From the NCBI GenBank assembly GCA_938039675.1, contig CALHUI010000008.1, forward strand, positions 6,796 to 70,795: a stretch of 64,000 nucleotides of DNA. The letters are read 5' to 3'. Below, in pieces: positions 1-9,573 of the stretch. Made by a program: the position numbers and the translations under genes. The notes beneath the pieces were generated by a model. That model was not told where the DNA came from and did not search any database. It saw nothing but the letters and a program-made list of their open reading frames with translations. Position 1 is the stretch's first letter. The number at the start of each line of letters is the position of its first letter. Source of the DNA: an uncultured Cytophagales bacterium. Its GTDB lineage: Bacteria; Bacteroidota; Bacteroidia; Cytophagales; Thermoflexibacteraceae.

Positions 1-1
1 T

Positions 2-808
2 CACACGCTGAACTCACTTTGTATAGAAATGGATGTGCGCTACAATCTGCTTAAAGATGCGGGATGTCGCAACATTAAGGAGTATAACCATAAATTCACC
101 CACAGGATGCTGAACCCGCAGGACGGACATCGCTTCCTGCCGTATATTGTGCTGATTATTGATGAGTTGGCTGACCTGATGATGACAGCGGGCAAAGAAG
201 TTGAAACGCCGATTGCTCGTTTGGCACAGTTGGCACGTGCCATTGGTATTCATTTGGTGGTTGCCACACAGCGCCCTTCGGTCAATGTTATTACAGGTAT
301 TATCAAGGCTAATTTCCCTGCACGTTTGTCATTCAAAGTTTCCTCACGCGTGGACAGCCGCACGATTTTGGACAGCAACGGCGCCGAGCAACTCGTAGGA
401 CAGGGCGATATGCTGCTTTCCAACGGGTCGGATATTATTCGCCTGCAATGTGCTTTTATAGATACTCATGAAGTAGAACGCATCTGTGAATTTATTGGAG
501 AACAACGCGGTTACGACACTTCTTACTTGCTCCCTGAATATGAGGATGAAGGCGCAGAAACCAAAACCGTAGACTTAAACAACCGCGACTCCATGTTTGA
601 AGACGCAGCTCGATTGGTGGTGGCGCATCAACAGGGCAGCACTTCGCTGATTCAACGGAAACTCAGTTTGGGCTACAATCGTGCCGGGCGCATCATGGAT
701 CAGTTGGAAGCCGCAGGAGTAGTTGGGCCATTTGAAGGCAGCAAAGCCCGTAAGGTTTTAATCCAAGATGAATACGCTTTGGAACAATTATTGAAATTGT
801 TATCATAG
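2..808 (+). CDS. ftsK: DNA translocase FtsK/SpoIIIE, C-terminal part (5-prime end outside window)
   Basis: The frame is open from the window edge. It has IVLIIDELADLMM (Walker B region), HLVVATQRPS, and a C-terminal winged-helix gamma domain (STSLIQRKLSLGYNRAGRIMDQLE). Confidence 0.9.
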   Translation, partial: HTLNSLCIEMDVRYNLLKDAGCRNIKEYNHKFTHRMLNPQDGHRFLPYIVLIIDELADLMMTAGKEVETPIARLAQLARAIGIHLVVATQRPSVNVITGIIKANFPARLSFKVSSRVDSRTILDSNGAEQLVGQGDMLLSNGSDIIRLQCAFIDTHEVERICEFIGEQRGYDTSYLLPEYEDEGAETKTVDLNNRDSMFEDAARLVVAHQQGSTSLIQRKLSLGYNRAGRIMDQLEAAGVVGPFEGSKARKVLIQDEYALEQLLKLLS

Positions 809-829
809 TCTATTTCATACCCCGTTTTT

Positions 830-1483
830 ATGAAGCAAATTTTCACATCATTACTCATTACTCTATTTGCATATATTCATTTTGCGGCAGCCCAAAATAC
901 CCGCGACCCTAAGGCGGAAGCCATTTTAAACGCCATGAGTGAGCGTTACAAGAAGATGAACGCTTTTCGTGCAGAGTTCAGTTATAATTTACGGAGTCCT
1001 CAGGAGAAATTAGACGAAACGTTTACTGGAACCATTACGGTTAAGGGAGCAAAATTTCGCCTTACATTAGGTAATCAGGAGGTTTACAATAATCAAACCA
1101 CAGTCTGGACATATTCTAAGGAAGACAACGAAGTAACCATTACCGAATACGACCCAGACAGCGGCGATATTAATCCTGCCGAGGTTTACAACATGTACAA
1201 AAAGGGCTTTAAGTACAACTATATGGAGGAAAAGAAGGAAAACAATGAAGTGTTTGATGTTATTGACCTGACTCCTGACGATAAAAACCTTAACTATTTC
1301 AAAATCAGGCTGACCATTAACAAGCGTACTCGCGACCTGAAAAGTTGGCAGATTTTTGAAAAAAACGGACGGCGTTCGCTTTACAGCATCAACAAATTTC
1401 AGCCAGACATTGTAGTGGCAGACAGTTTTTTCAACTTTGATAAGTCGCAATACCCCAAAGTAACCGAGGTTGATTTACGTTAA
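830..1483 (+). CDS. lolA: LolA-like outer-membrane lipoprotein carrier protein
   Basis: 217 aa with a signal peptide (FAAAQ). It shows the typical Bacteroidetes LolA pattern (F.G.I.VKG.KFRL ... D.IDLTP.D) and the conserved position directly after ftsK. Confidence 0.75.
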   Translation: MKQIFTSLLITLFAYIHFAAAQNTRDPKAEAILNAMSERYKKMNAFRAEFSYNLRSPQEKLDETFTGTITVKGAKFRLTLGNQEVYNNQTTVWTYSKEDNEVTITEYDPDSGDINPAEVYNMYKKGFKYNYMEEKKENNEVFDVIDLTPDDKNLNYFKIRLTINKRTRDLKSWQIFEKNGRRSLYSINKFQPDIVVADSFFNFDKSQYPKVTEVDLR

Positions 1484-1485
1484 TT

Positions 1486-1827
1486 ATGGCCAAATCACAT
1501 AAAAACCGCTCCGGCGTTGTTTACAGCACCGACCCTGATTTTGTTTATCAGGAAAACGACCGTGCAGAGCCGGAAACGCTGCCGCCCGGACAACAGCAGC
1601 TTAAACTGTTATTAGACCGCAAAAGAGCAGGCAAAATTGCCACCATTGTGGAAGGGTTTGTCGGGAGTTCTTCGGACTTGGAAACACTGGGCAAACAACT
1701 CAAAACCAAATGTGGCGTAGGAGGCAGCACCAAAGACGGCATCATTATTATTCAAGGCGATTTCAGAGAAAAAATCTACGAATGGCTTCTCAAAGAAGGC
1801 TACAAAGTAAAAAAAGCAGGCGGCTGA
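1486..1827 (+). CDS. yciH: SUI1/eIF1-family translation initiation factor YciH
   Basis: 113 aa with a KCGVGGSTKDGIIIIQGD core typical of the SUI1 family. It starts 3 nt after lolA. Confidence 0.85.
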   Translation: MAKSHKNRSGVVYSTDPDFVYQENDRAEPETLPPGQQQLKLLLDRKRAGKIATIVEGFVGSSSDLETLGKQLKTKCGVGGSTKDGIIIIQGDFREKIYEWLLKEGYKVKKAGG

Positions 1828-3938
1828 TATTGGCAACCATTTATTGGTTATGCTATTCAGTTATTGTTTTGTTAGCAACTGTAGGCACTTTGCAAGCGCA
1901 ACAGCCTTTCAAAGTGTACCCGTTTGAAGAAGCTATGAAAGCCTACAGGGCAAAAAAGTATGTCGATGCCGTCCTCCTTCTGGAAGGACTATTGGCTGAA
2001 AACCGACAAAACGAGCAGGCTTTGTATTATGCCGCTTTGTGCTATTTGCAACTTCAACAAGGCGGCACTGCATACGATTACCTCAAACTTATTCCCAAAG
2101 GGGAAGCTGTATTTTTAGATGATTATTTCTACTGGTTAGGCAGAGCAAGCTATATGAACCATCGGTTTGAGGAGAGCAAAGCATACATTAACACCTACCT
2201 TGCCAAACGCGGCAGTAAGAAGTTTGCCAAAGAAGCTACCCAACTGCTTACTTTATTAGGCTATGCAACGGATTTGATGCAAAAACCTGCAGCATTTACC
2301 GTAGAAAATGTTCAAGGCATCAATACAATTGCCAATGAAAGTATTCCCATTAGCTATATTGGTTCACAACGGCTGTGGTTCATCCGAAAAAGCAAGGGCA
2401 ACAGTGCGCTTGAAAAAACTTCCGCAGAAAAAGAAGGATGGTTTTTGGCACAAAAACAACCTGATGGGCGTTGGAAGCGAGTTTCGGAAGAGAGCTTTGA
2501 ACAAAACAACTTTATCGCCTTGCAGTGGATTGACAGCCAACGCAGTATGCTGGTGCTGAAAGGCGGAAAACTCTGGCTTATGCAACCCTCTGCGGCAGGT
2601 TGGCAAGTTGCACGCGAGCTGAGCGTACAATTTAAAGATGCCAGTCGTCCCTTAGCCGCTACGCTGTATGACCAAAGCCGCAAACTGATTTTTTCTGCTT
2701 TTAACCCCGAAACAAGCAGTTTGGATTTGTTCTACACAGAACTCCAAACCAATGGTACATGGAGTGCGCCTGCCGCTATCTTAGAAATCAACAGCACACG
2801 CGACGAATACACGCCCTTTTTTGCAAGCGATACTAAAACTCTGTATTTCAGCTCCAAAGGTTGGAACAGCATCGGCGGGTTTGACATTTTCAAAACGCAA
2901 TACGACCCTGTGAAAAAACGCTGGAGTCTGCCTGAAAATGTCGGCTTCCCTATCAGCTCCACGGGCGATGACTACTGGCTGCAAATTTACGGCAATAAAG
3001 GTTTCTTTGCCTCTAACCGCTCCGGCGGGGTGGGCGGCGACGATATTTATCAGTTTTTCCTGCTTTCAAAACCGCTGCTGACTGGCAAAATATTAGGAAA
3101 GCAAGGCGAAGCACTTGCAGCCTCACAAGTTCAGTTCGTGTTTCAAGGCAAAACCATACAAACAAAAACCGATGCAAACGGAAATTACAAGGTTGAAGTA
3201 CCTATAGAAACCGATATCCAACTGCGCATATGGCAGCAAGGCAAAATACAGTATCAGGAAATTTTCAGAATCAGCAGCATAGATACAGGTAGCAGCAAAA
3301 CGCTTCATCGCAATTTCAGTATGCAGGCAGAAAGCGGCGTGGAAGCAGTTAGTGAATTAGTAGCCGAAAATACAGGAGCCCCCCCTGCCGTTATATTTGC
3401 CATTAACGGAAACGTAAAAGATGCCACACGCAAACAACCGCTTCGGGCTACCATCAAATTGATAGATATTAAAACCTCAAAAACCGTGAAGTTTACTTCA
3501 ACAGATGCCAACGGCAGATTCAATTTCTACTTAGATAAGCCTGTGAACAGCTATTGTATAGAGGTGATGGCACGTGGTTTTCTTTCGCACTGGCAACTGG
3601 GCGAACAAATCGGCAAAAATGAATATGCCATAGCACTGCAACCGATTGTCAACAGCACAGACTGGCAGATTCCTTGCGTAGAATTTGACAGACAAGGCAA
3701 CCTAAGCGCCTCTTCAAAACTCGTGCTGGACAAAGTCAGTGCATTTTTGCTGGAAAACAGCACGCTGCAAATACAAATCAGATGCCCGGACGGGAACACG
3801 CAAATGGGTGAGAAACGCGCAGCAATTGTGCAGGCCTATCTTACACAAAGAGGCGTAGCGGCCAATCGTTTAAGCACAGCCGTTATCCCTAACTCGGGTG
3901 TACGCGACCGCGGTATCGAGCTGCATATTCTTCCGTAA
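1782..3938 (+). CDS. Envelope protein with TPR, PD40 (TolB-like) repeats, carboxypeptidase-regulatory-like repeats and a C-terminal OmpA-like domain
   Basis: It has a signal-like RRLILATIYWLCYSVIVLLATVGTLQAQ and PD40 motifs (YFSSKGWNSIGGFDIF, FFASNRSGGVGGDDIY). TDANGNYKVEV and TDANGRFNF repeats are present, and the tail is OmpA-like. The start is uncertain: the ATG at 1782 overlaps yciH, and a TTG at 1830 is the alternative. Confidence 0.7.
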   Translation: MASQRRLQSKKSRRLILATIYWLCYSVIVLLATVGTLQAQQPFKVYPFEEAMKAYRAKKYVDAVLLLEGLLAENRQNEQALYYAALCYLQLQQGGTAYDYLKLIPKGEAVFLDDYFYWLGRASYMNHRFEESKAYINTYLAKRGSKKFAKEATQLLTLLGYATDLMQKPAAFTVENVQGINTIANESIPISYIGSQRLWFIRKSKGNSALEKTSAEKEGWFLAQKQPDGRWKRVSEESFEQNNFIALQWIDSQRSMLVLKGGKLWLMQPSAAGWQVARELSVQFKDASRPLAATLYDQSRKLIFSAFNPETSSLDLFYTELQTNGTWSAPAAILEINSTRDEYTPFFASDTKTLYFSSKGWNSIGGFDIFKTQYDPVKKRWSLPENVGFPISSTGDDYWLQIYGNKGFFASNRSGGVGGDDIYQFFLLSKPLLTGKILGKQGEALAASQVQFVFQGKTIQTKTDANGNYKVEVPIETDIQLRIWQQGKIQYQEIFRISSIDTGSSKTLHRNFSMQAESGVEAVSELVAENTGAPPAVIFAINGNVKDATRKQPLRATIKLIDIKTSKTVKFTSTDANGRFNFYLDKPVNSYCIEVMARGFLSHWQLGEQIGKNEYAIALQPIVNSTDWQIPCVEFDRQGNLSASSKLVLDKVSAFLLENSTLQIQIRCPDGNTQMGEKRAAIVQAYLTQRGVAANRLSTAVIPNSGVRDRGIELHILP

Positions 3939-3983
3939 GAAGCGTTTTTTTGTTACCTTTTGTGCTCAATTGGCTTCTTTCAC

Positions 3984-6578
3984 ATGCTTGAAACCGCAAG
4001 AGCATTTCTTCATCACATCAAAAACAATGTTTCCGAATGGACGTTCCGTCAGGGGCACAGCCTGTTTGCCAATGGTGCTGTGCAACTGCTATCGCAGTCG
4101 GAGCAAACTTTTCATTGGTTAGTAAAAGATACTTTTCAGGATACAGAGGTAAAAATCAGCATCTATGAGGACAAAGTTCACAAACAAACTGATAATCAGG
4201 TAAAAAGCTGGGACGCGCCTGCCATTGCTGCTTTGATGGCGGCTATTGACCTGATGAGCCGCCAACAATCGGTAACAACTGCTGCCAATAAAGGGATTCG
4301 CTATACCCATGAAGGCATGGCTAAACGCGTGTTGGCAGAACGCAAAGAAAAGGCACAGCAAGCGCACTATCACTTGGAGTTGGCCGCCAATCCGTTTGGT
4401 GAGCACTTGCTCCGCAACGAAAAGAACAAAGCCTATCGCATCACTTTCCGCAATTTTGCCAAAGAAATCGGTTACTGTTCATGCCCTGATTATCAGGTAA
4501 ATAAGCTGGGGACTTGCAAACACCTGATGTTTGCTTTCGATGCAGCCAAAAAACAAGGCTTGCACGAAGCCGCCGAACCCGAATTATTCCCTTTTACCGA
4601 AATTTTCTTAGACCCGCTCAATCAGTATCGGGTTACGGCAGCCGTTGCCCCGTCGGCATCTGATGAAGCGCGTAGTTTGGTCAAGCAATATTTCCCCGAA
4701 CCAAACCTGCCCGACGATGCTATTTTTGGCTTGCTGCCTTTTCTGGAAACAGCTGTGCGTTTCAAAGAAATTCTGATTCGCCCCGAAGTAGCCGACAAGT
4801 TAGAAAGGAGCTTTAACCGACGCGCCCTGACCAAGCTTGCCGCGCAGTACCAAACAATACCCGATAACCTACTCCGCACACAACTTCCTGATTATCAGAA
4901 AAAAGGAATCCTTTTTGCCGCCTTTCGCGAAGCGGCCGTTATTGCCGATGAAATGGGATTGGGCAAAACGGCGCAAGCCATTGGCGCGGCAGTCCTAAAA
5001 AAACAACTACTCGGCTTTAAACGCACGCTGATTGTTTGCCCTGCCTCACTCAAACAACAGTGGAAGCAGGAAATTGAACGATTTACTAACGAAACGGCAA
5101 TCATTGCCAATGGTTTGCCGGAAAAACGGCTGTCGGTTTATCAAGACACCTCCGCCTTTTTTATCATTGTCAATTATGAAGTTTTGCTGAAAGACATTGG
5201 CTATTTCAGCCAACACAGCTCTTGGTCGCCCGATTTGCTCATTGTGGATGAGGCGCAGCGCATCAAAAATTTTGCTACACAAACCGCACAAGTGCTCAAA
5301 AAAATTCAGCGCAAACATACGCTGGCACTCACGGGTACGCCCATAGAAAACCGGCTAATTGATTTGTACTCGATTGTTGAGTTTACAGACCCGTATTTTC
5401 TTTCGCCACTTTGGGAATTTTCTTATCAATATTGTTTTTTTGATGAAAAGCAGCGCAATAAAATTACAGGCTACTACAACTTACATGAGTTGCATGAACG
5501 CCTGAAACCTATATTGCTGCGCCGCACCAAAGCCGACGTGCTGGACGAATTGCCCGAAATCAGCGAAGTAAATGTGCCCGTTACGCTGCACGAACTGCAA
5601 CAAAACTATCATCAGGAGTTTGGCAGAGCTGTGGCGGCTATTCTCGGCAAAAAACTCATGACTCCTTTTGACCATCAGAAACTGATGCAGTTGCTCGCAA
5701 AAATGCGCATGGCCTGCAACTCTACTTTTCTAATTGACAAAGAAACCAACCACTCACCCAAACTGGCAGAATTGCGCCACATATTGCTCGAAAAATTAGA
5801 CATCCTGCATCAGCCCCGCAAAATCATTATTTTCTCCGAATGGATGCGGATGGGCGATTTGATTGGCAAGATGTTGTTTGACTATGGCATCGGGTTTGCC
5901 ATGCTGAACAGTTATGTTCCCGTTCAGCAGCGCAATGAAATTATCAGCAAGTTTAACCACGATGCGGGTTGCAAAGTTTTACTTTGTACCGACGTAGGCA
6001 GTACAGGGCTGAACCTGCAAATAGCCGACACAGTCATCAACTTTGAGTTGCCTTGGAATCTGGCCAAAAAGTTACAACGCATCGGCAGGATAGACCGCAT
6101 CGGACAACAGCAACGACACTTGACCGTTATCAATTTGTATGCAGAGAACAGCATAGAAGAAAAAATTGCCAATGGCCTTTTGCTCAAACAAAGCCTGATG
6201 GAAGGTGTACTGGGCGAAGGCACAACACCCGACGCGGTGGACTTATCAGCCGAAGGGCGAGCACAGTTTCTGGAAGAGTTGGCAGGTTCTATCAACGACT
6301 TGCTGCCGACCGATGAACTTACTGCAACACCTCTTATCGCAGAAGAGGAAGCCACCAAAAGCACAACTCCCCTGCTGCCCGTTACCGATGAAAAACTCCG
6401 TCAGGTATTGCAAAGCAGCATGGATTTCCTCGGCAATATGCTGAAAATCACCACAGGTGTTGAGGTTGTGATGCAGGAAAATTACTTTGAAGTCCATCCC
6501 GAAACGGGTGAAATTATGCTGCGATTTAAAGTGAAGCCTTCGGAAAATTACTCGTCTTCCTCTAACCCAAAGCTGTAA
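3984..6578 (+). CDS. SNF2-family helicase with N-terminal SWIM zinc finger
   Basis: It has a SWIM CxC..CxH motif (CSCPDYQVNKLGTCKH), ADEMGLGKT (motif I), DEAQRIKN (motif II), LTGTPIENRL, and helicase C motifs (LLCTDVGSTGLNLQ, QRIGRIDRIGQ). Confidence 0.85.
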   Translation: MLETARAFLHHIKNNVSEWTFRQGHSLFANGAVQLLSQSEQTFHWLVKDTFQDTEVKISIYEDKVHKQTDNQVKSWDAPAIAALMAAIDLMSRQQSVTTAANKGIRYTHEGMAKRVLAERKEKAQQAHYHLELAANPFGEHLLRNEKNKAYRITFRNFAKEIGYCSCPDYQVNKLGTCKHLMFAFDAAKKQGLHEAAEPELFPFTEIFLDPLNQYRVTAAVAPSASDEARSLVKQYFPEPNLPDDAIFGLLPFLETAVRFKEILIRPEVADKLERSFNRRALTKLAAQYQTIPDNLLRTQLPDYQKKGILFAAFREAAVIADEMGLGKTAQAIGAAVLKKQLLGFKRTLIVCPASLKQQWKQEIERFTNETAIIANGLPEKRLSVYQDTSAFFIIVNYEVLLKDIGYFSQHSSWSPDLLIVDEAQRIKNFATQTAQVLKKIQRKHTLALTGTPIENRLIDLYSIVEFTDPYFLSPLWEFSYQYCFFDEKQRNKITGYYNLHELHERLKPILLRRTKADVLDELPEISEVNVPVTLHELQQNYHQEFGRAVAAILGKKLMTPFDHQKLMQLLAKMRMACNSTFLIDKETNHSPKLAELRHILLEKLDILHQPRKIIIFSEWMRMGDLIGKMLFDYGIGFAMLNSYVPVQQRNEIISKFNHDAGCKVLLCTDVGSTGLNLQIADTVINFELPWNLAKKLQRIGRIDRIGQQQRHLTVINLYAENSIEEKIANGLLLKQSLMEGVLGEGTTPDAVDLSAEGRAQFLEELAGSINDLLPTDELTATPLIAEEEATKSTTPLLPVTDEKLRQVLQSSMDFLGNMLKITTGVEVVMQENYFEVHPETGEIMLRFKVKPSENYSSSSNPKL

Positions 6579-7366
6579 GATGCCCAAAAACTTTCCCAGT
6601 CTGCTTCCGTAGGTTCGGGACAGGGTATCATGTGCGTGGCATGAACAAACCACTCGCCTTTCCGATTTAACAAAAAACGACAGATACCATTACCATCAGT
6701 ACGTGCAGTTTGTTGAGTTGCAGGTTTATTACCTATGCGGTTACGTGCTTTGATGACTTTATTGGCCAATGGCTTACCTTCAAAAAATACCTGAACTCTG
6801 AATTTATCGCCTACTTTGAGCAAGTACGGATTTTCTAAAAGGATAAACTCGAAACGATGCCCTACACGTGCCCTGTGGATGGTGTCAGTCTTATCAACAT
6901 TTTCACTTGCTACCAGACATTTAATATATCTTGAATAACTTTCACGTTGCTTGGGTTTAGCCCGGTTAATTTGGATGTTTTCTATGTTATCCTCTTTCAA
7001 ATAAGCTAAAAACTTGTCATTAGCAAGAGTAATTTTGGCATAATCCCGCTCCATATGCACAAGTGCCATACCCTCAAAATCTACCTGTTTATTCAGTACG
7101 GGAAAAGCATTGTCAGCCGAATTAGACAGTAAGTCCTCCTTACCACTATGCGTAAGCATTTCAAAACGACGTGTCATGTTTTTTTGCAACTGACGCTCCA
7201 ACTCAATGTTGAAACCGTCGGAAACAAACAGGTGCAGTTGCAAAAATTCTCCTTTTTTCAGTCGGTATTTAGCTGCTAAAAACACATATTCATGAGCTAT
7301 GGCAGCGAAAAACGGCGCAGATAGCAATATGGTGATAATCCCACGTTTTAATAGAAGATGTTGCAT
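6548..7366 (-). CDS. DUF4198-like periplasmic protein (NikM/CbiK-like metal-uptake component family)
   Basis: 272 aa with a signal peptide ending AIAHEY. The overall pattern (TDGNGICRFLLNRKGEWFVHATHM near the C-terminus) matches my memory of DUF4198. Its convergent 3-prime end overlaps the SNF2 gene by 31 nt. Confidence 0.5.
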   Translation of the reverse strand: MQHLLLKRGIITILLSAPFFAAIAHEYVFLAAKYRLKKGEFLQLHLFVSDGFNIELERQLQKNMTRRFEMLTHSGKEDLLSNSADNAFPVLNKQVDFEGMALVHMERDYAKITLANDKFLAYLKEDNIENIQINRAKPKQRESYSRYIKCLVASENVDKTDTIHRARVGHRFEFILLENPYLLKVGDKFRVQVFFEGKPLANKVIKARNRIGNKPATQQTARTDGNGICRFLLNRKGEWFVHATHMIPCPEPTEADWESFWASYSFGLEEDE

Positions 7367-7753
7367 GTTATTTCTTACTGATAGCGTTGTAATAAGCTCT
7401 TGGATGATTAATTCACAACAAAGTTCAGTCTTTTTACGGAAAAATACTTGTCTGTAAAATGGTTACCATCACCTTGGGCGCATTGCAAATTATCAATAAC
7501 TGTGCTGCAACTACGGGCAGGCTTGACCTTAATTTTAACGAAGCCATAAAGTAGCATTCAGGCGATAGAAGACGTGGTTCGCCAGAAGGTTGTAAATCGT
7601 GTTGTTTCATTCAACCTAACAAACCTCTGTGTCAAATACACAGGGTTTGCATACATTTCTTACACTTGCATAGGCTTTCAATCTGCCTTTTACAAATGTT
7701 TGGTACACCTAACTGTGGATACATCTCAAATAATACTTTTTGGACTATTGCTG

Positions 7754-9454
7754 CTACAAATTGCCGCGCTTCAATTCACCGACGGCAAAGTCGCAGGCGC
7801 GTGCCGTAAGTGCCATGTAGGTAAGTGAAGGATTCTGGCAGGCAGATGACACCATACAGGAACCATCGGTTACAAATACGTTGGGCACTCCCCAAACCTG
7901 ATTGTTTTTATTGAGTACTGATGTTTTCGGGTCGCGTCCCATGCGTGCCGTACCCATTTCGTGGATGCCCAACCCCGGAAACTGTTTGCTGTCTTCTGCC
8001 TTGACATTTTTAAAGCCTGCCGCTTCCAGCATTTCTACCGCATCAGCCATCATGTCTTTTATCATCAGCAGCTCGTTTTCTTTGTATTCACAATCTATTT
8101 TCAAGGTTGGCATACCCCATTTGTCTAATTTTGTAGTATCTAAGGATACTTGGTTGCTGTAATCGGGCAGCATTTCGCCCATGCCGTGCATGGCAAATCC
8201 CCACTTGCCAGGTTCGGAAAGTCTGTTTTTCAGGTCTGCGCCAAAGCCGCCTTCGCTGATGCCGCGCGACCAACTGCTGCGCCAACTGCCGCCGCCGTAG
8301 GCGAATCCGCGCAAGTAGGGGCGGTCATTTTTTTTCAAATTTTGATAGCGGGGAATGTATGTACCATTTGGGCGACGACCGGTGTAGTAGCGGTCTTCGT
8401 AGCCATCTATCTCCGAATAAATGCGCACGCGATAGTTATGGTCCATCAGATTATGCCCCAGTTGCCCGCTGTCATTGCCCAACCCGTTGGGAAAGCGCGA
8501 GGAAGTAGAATTGAGCATAATCAACGTAGTATTCAGTGTAGCGGCGTTGAGAAATACAATACGGGCGTAATATTCTATCATTTGTTTGGTATTGGCATCT
8601 ATCACGCGCACACCCGTGGCTCTGCCCTTCTGCTCGTCATAAATAACCGAATGCACTACCGAATCGGGGCGCAGGGTCAGGTTCCCCGTTTTCTGTGCTG
8701 CGGGAATAGTCGCCGAGTTAGAGCTAAAATAGCCGCCGTAAGGACAGCCCCTGTGGCAAAGATTGCGATACTGGCAAGGGCCGCGCCCCAAATGCGACTT
8801 TGTCAGGTTGGCACACCGACCAATAATCATGCGGCGGTTCTCAAAGTTGCGTTGCAAAAAATCGGCAAAATGGGTTTCTACGCAGGTCATCTCCATTGGC
8901 GGCAAAAACTGCCCGTCAGGAATTTGGGGCAGCCCGTCGCGGTTGCCGCTGATGCCTGCAAAACGCTCTACATAGTCATACCATGGCGCAAGGTCTTCAT
9001 ACCGAATTGGCCAGTCCACCCCTACCCCATCGCGGGCATTGGCCTCAAAGTCCATCGGGCTGAGGCGGTAGCACTGCCGCGCCCACAACAAGGACTTACC
9101 CCCTACCTGATAGCCGCGAATCCAGTCAAAGCCTTTAATCTGTGTGTAGGGTTGGTCGCCATCATTGACAAAAAAATGCTTGGTATCTTCTGCGAATGCA
9201 TAGCATTTGCGCTGTATAGGGTGGCTGTCGTACTCGGCAGCCGTCAGCCGACCTCTGTGAGGCAGTTCCCATGGAAACTTATTGGCGGTAGGATAGTCTT
9301 TAATATGCTCCACACTGCGTCCGCGTTCCAATACAAGGGTTTTCAGCCCTTTATCACACAGTTCTTTGGCAGCCCAACCGCCCGAAATGCCGGAACCCAC
9401 GACAATTGCGTCAAAGGTATTCTGTTGTTTAGCTTTGATATTCAGGTAAGTCAT
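7754..9454 (-). CDS. GMC-family FAD-dependent oxidoreductase
   Basis: 566 aa with an N-terminal FAD fold DAIVVGSGISGGWAAKEL..LERG and a C-terminal GMC motif region (HEMGTARMG..NVFVTDGS). Confidence 0.85.
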   Translation of the reverse strand: MTYLNIKAKQQNTFDAIVVGSGISGGWAAKELCDKGLKTLVLERGRSVEHIKDYPTANKFPWELPHRGRLTAAEYDSHPIQRKCYAFAEDTKHFFVNDGDQPYTQIKGFDWIRGYQVGGKSLLWARQCYRLSPMDFEANARDGVGVDWPIRYEDLAPWYDYVERFAGISGNRDGLPQIPDGQFLPPMEMTCVETHFADFLQRNFENRRMIIGRCANLTKSHLGRGPCQYRNLCHRGCPYGGYFSSNSATIPAAQKTGNLTLRPDSVVHSVIYDEQKGRATGVRVIDANTKQMIEYYARIVFLNAATLNTTLIMLNSTSSRFPNGLGNDSGQLGHNLMDHNYRVRIYSEIDGYEDRYYTGRRPNGTYIPRYQNLKKNDRPYLRGFAYGGGSWRSSWSRGISEGGFGADLKNRLSEPGKWGFAMHGMGEMLPDYSNQVSLDTTKLDKWGMPTLKIDCEYKENELLMIKDMMADAVEMLEAAGFKNVKAEDSKQFPGLGIHEMGTARMGRDPKTSVLNKNNQVWGVPNVFVTDGSCMVSSACQNPSLTYMALTARACDFAVGELKRGNL

Positions 9455-9573
9455 TCATTTTTTTATCGGCGTGTTTTCATTTTTATGGAAGAGTCAAAAG
9501 TTAGGAAATTTGCCGCAAACTTCCGTGCAACGCTGATATCTTCCTAATTTTACTGCCTCAAAACATTTGTATC

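Noticed and set aside
1710-1781. An upstream extension of the OmpA-like ORF overlaps the yciH 3-prime end by more than 100 nt in another frame.
   Set aside because: The extension encodes an Arg-rich low-complexity peptide (MWRRRQHQRRHHYYSRR) derived from the yciH coding sequence. A downstream start just before the signal peptide is far more plausible.
6548-6578. Convergent 3-prime overlaps of gene pairs: SNF2 with DUF4198 (31 nt), the lactonase with the CarH-like gene (23 nt at 30413-30435), and purM with the lectin gene (4 nt at 44728-44731).
   Set aside because: Short convergent overlaps are common in compact bacterial genomes and nothing else suggests antisense regulation. I noted them only as a check on gene ends.
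7514-7530. On the minus strand this reads aaggtcaagcctgcccg, which partly resembles the cobalamin-riboswitch B12 box. It lies upstream of the DUF4198 metal-uptake-like gene.
   Set aside because: The match has a 2-3 nt gap relative to the B12-box consensus. The other conserved riboswitch blocks (GGGAA...GGTGAAA..CC, GCCACTG) are absent or in the wrong order. This is not enough to call a riboswitch without a covariance-model scan.
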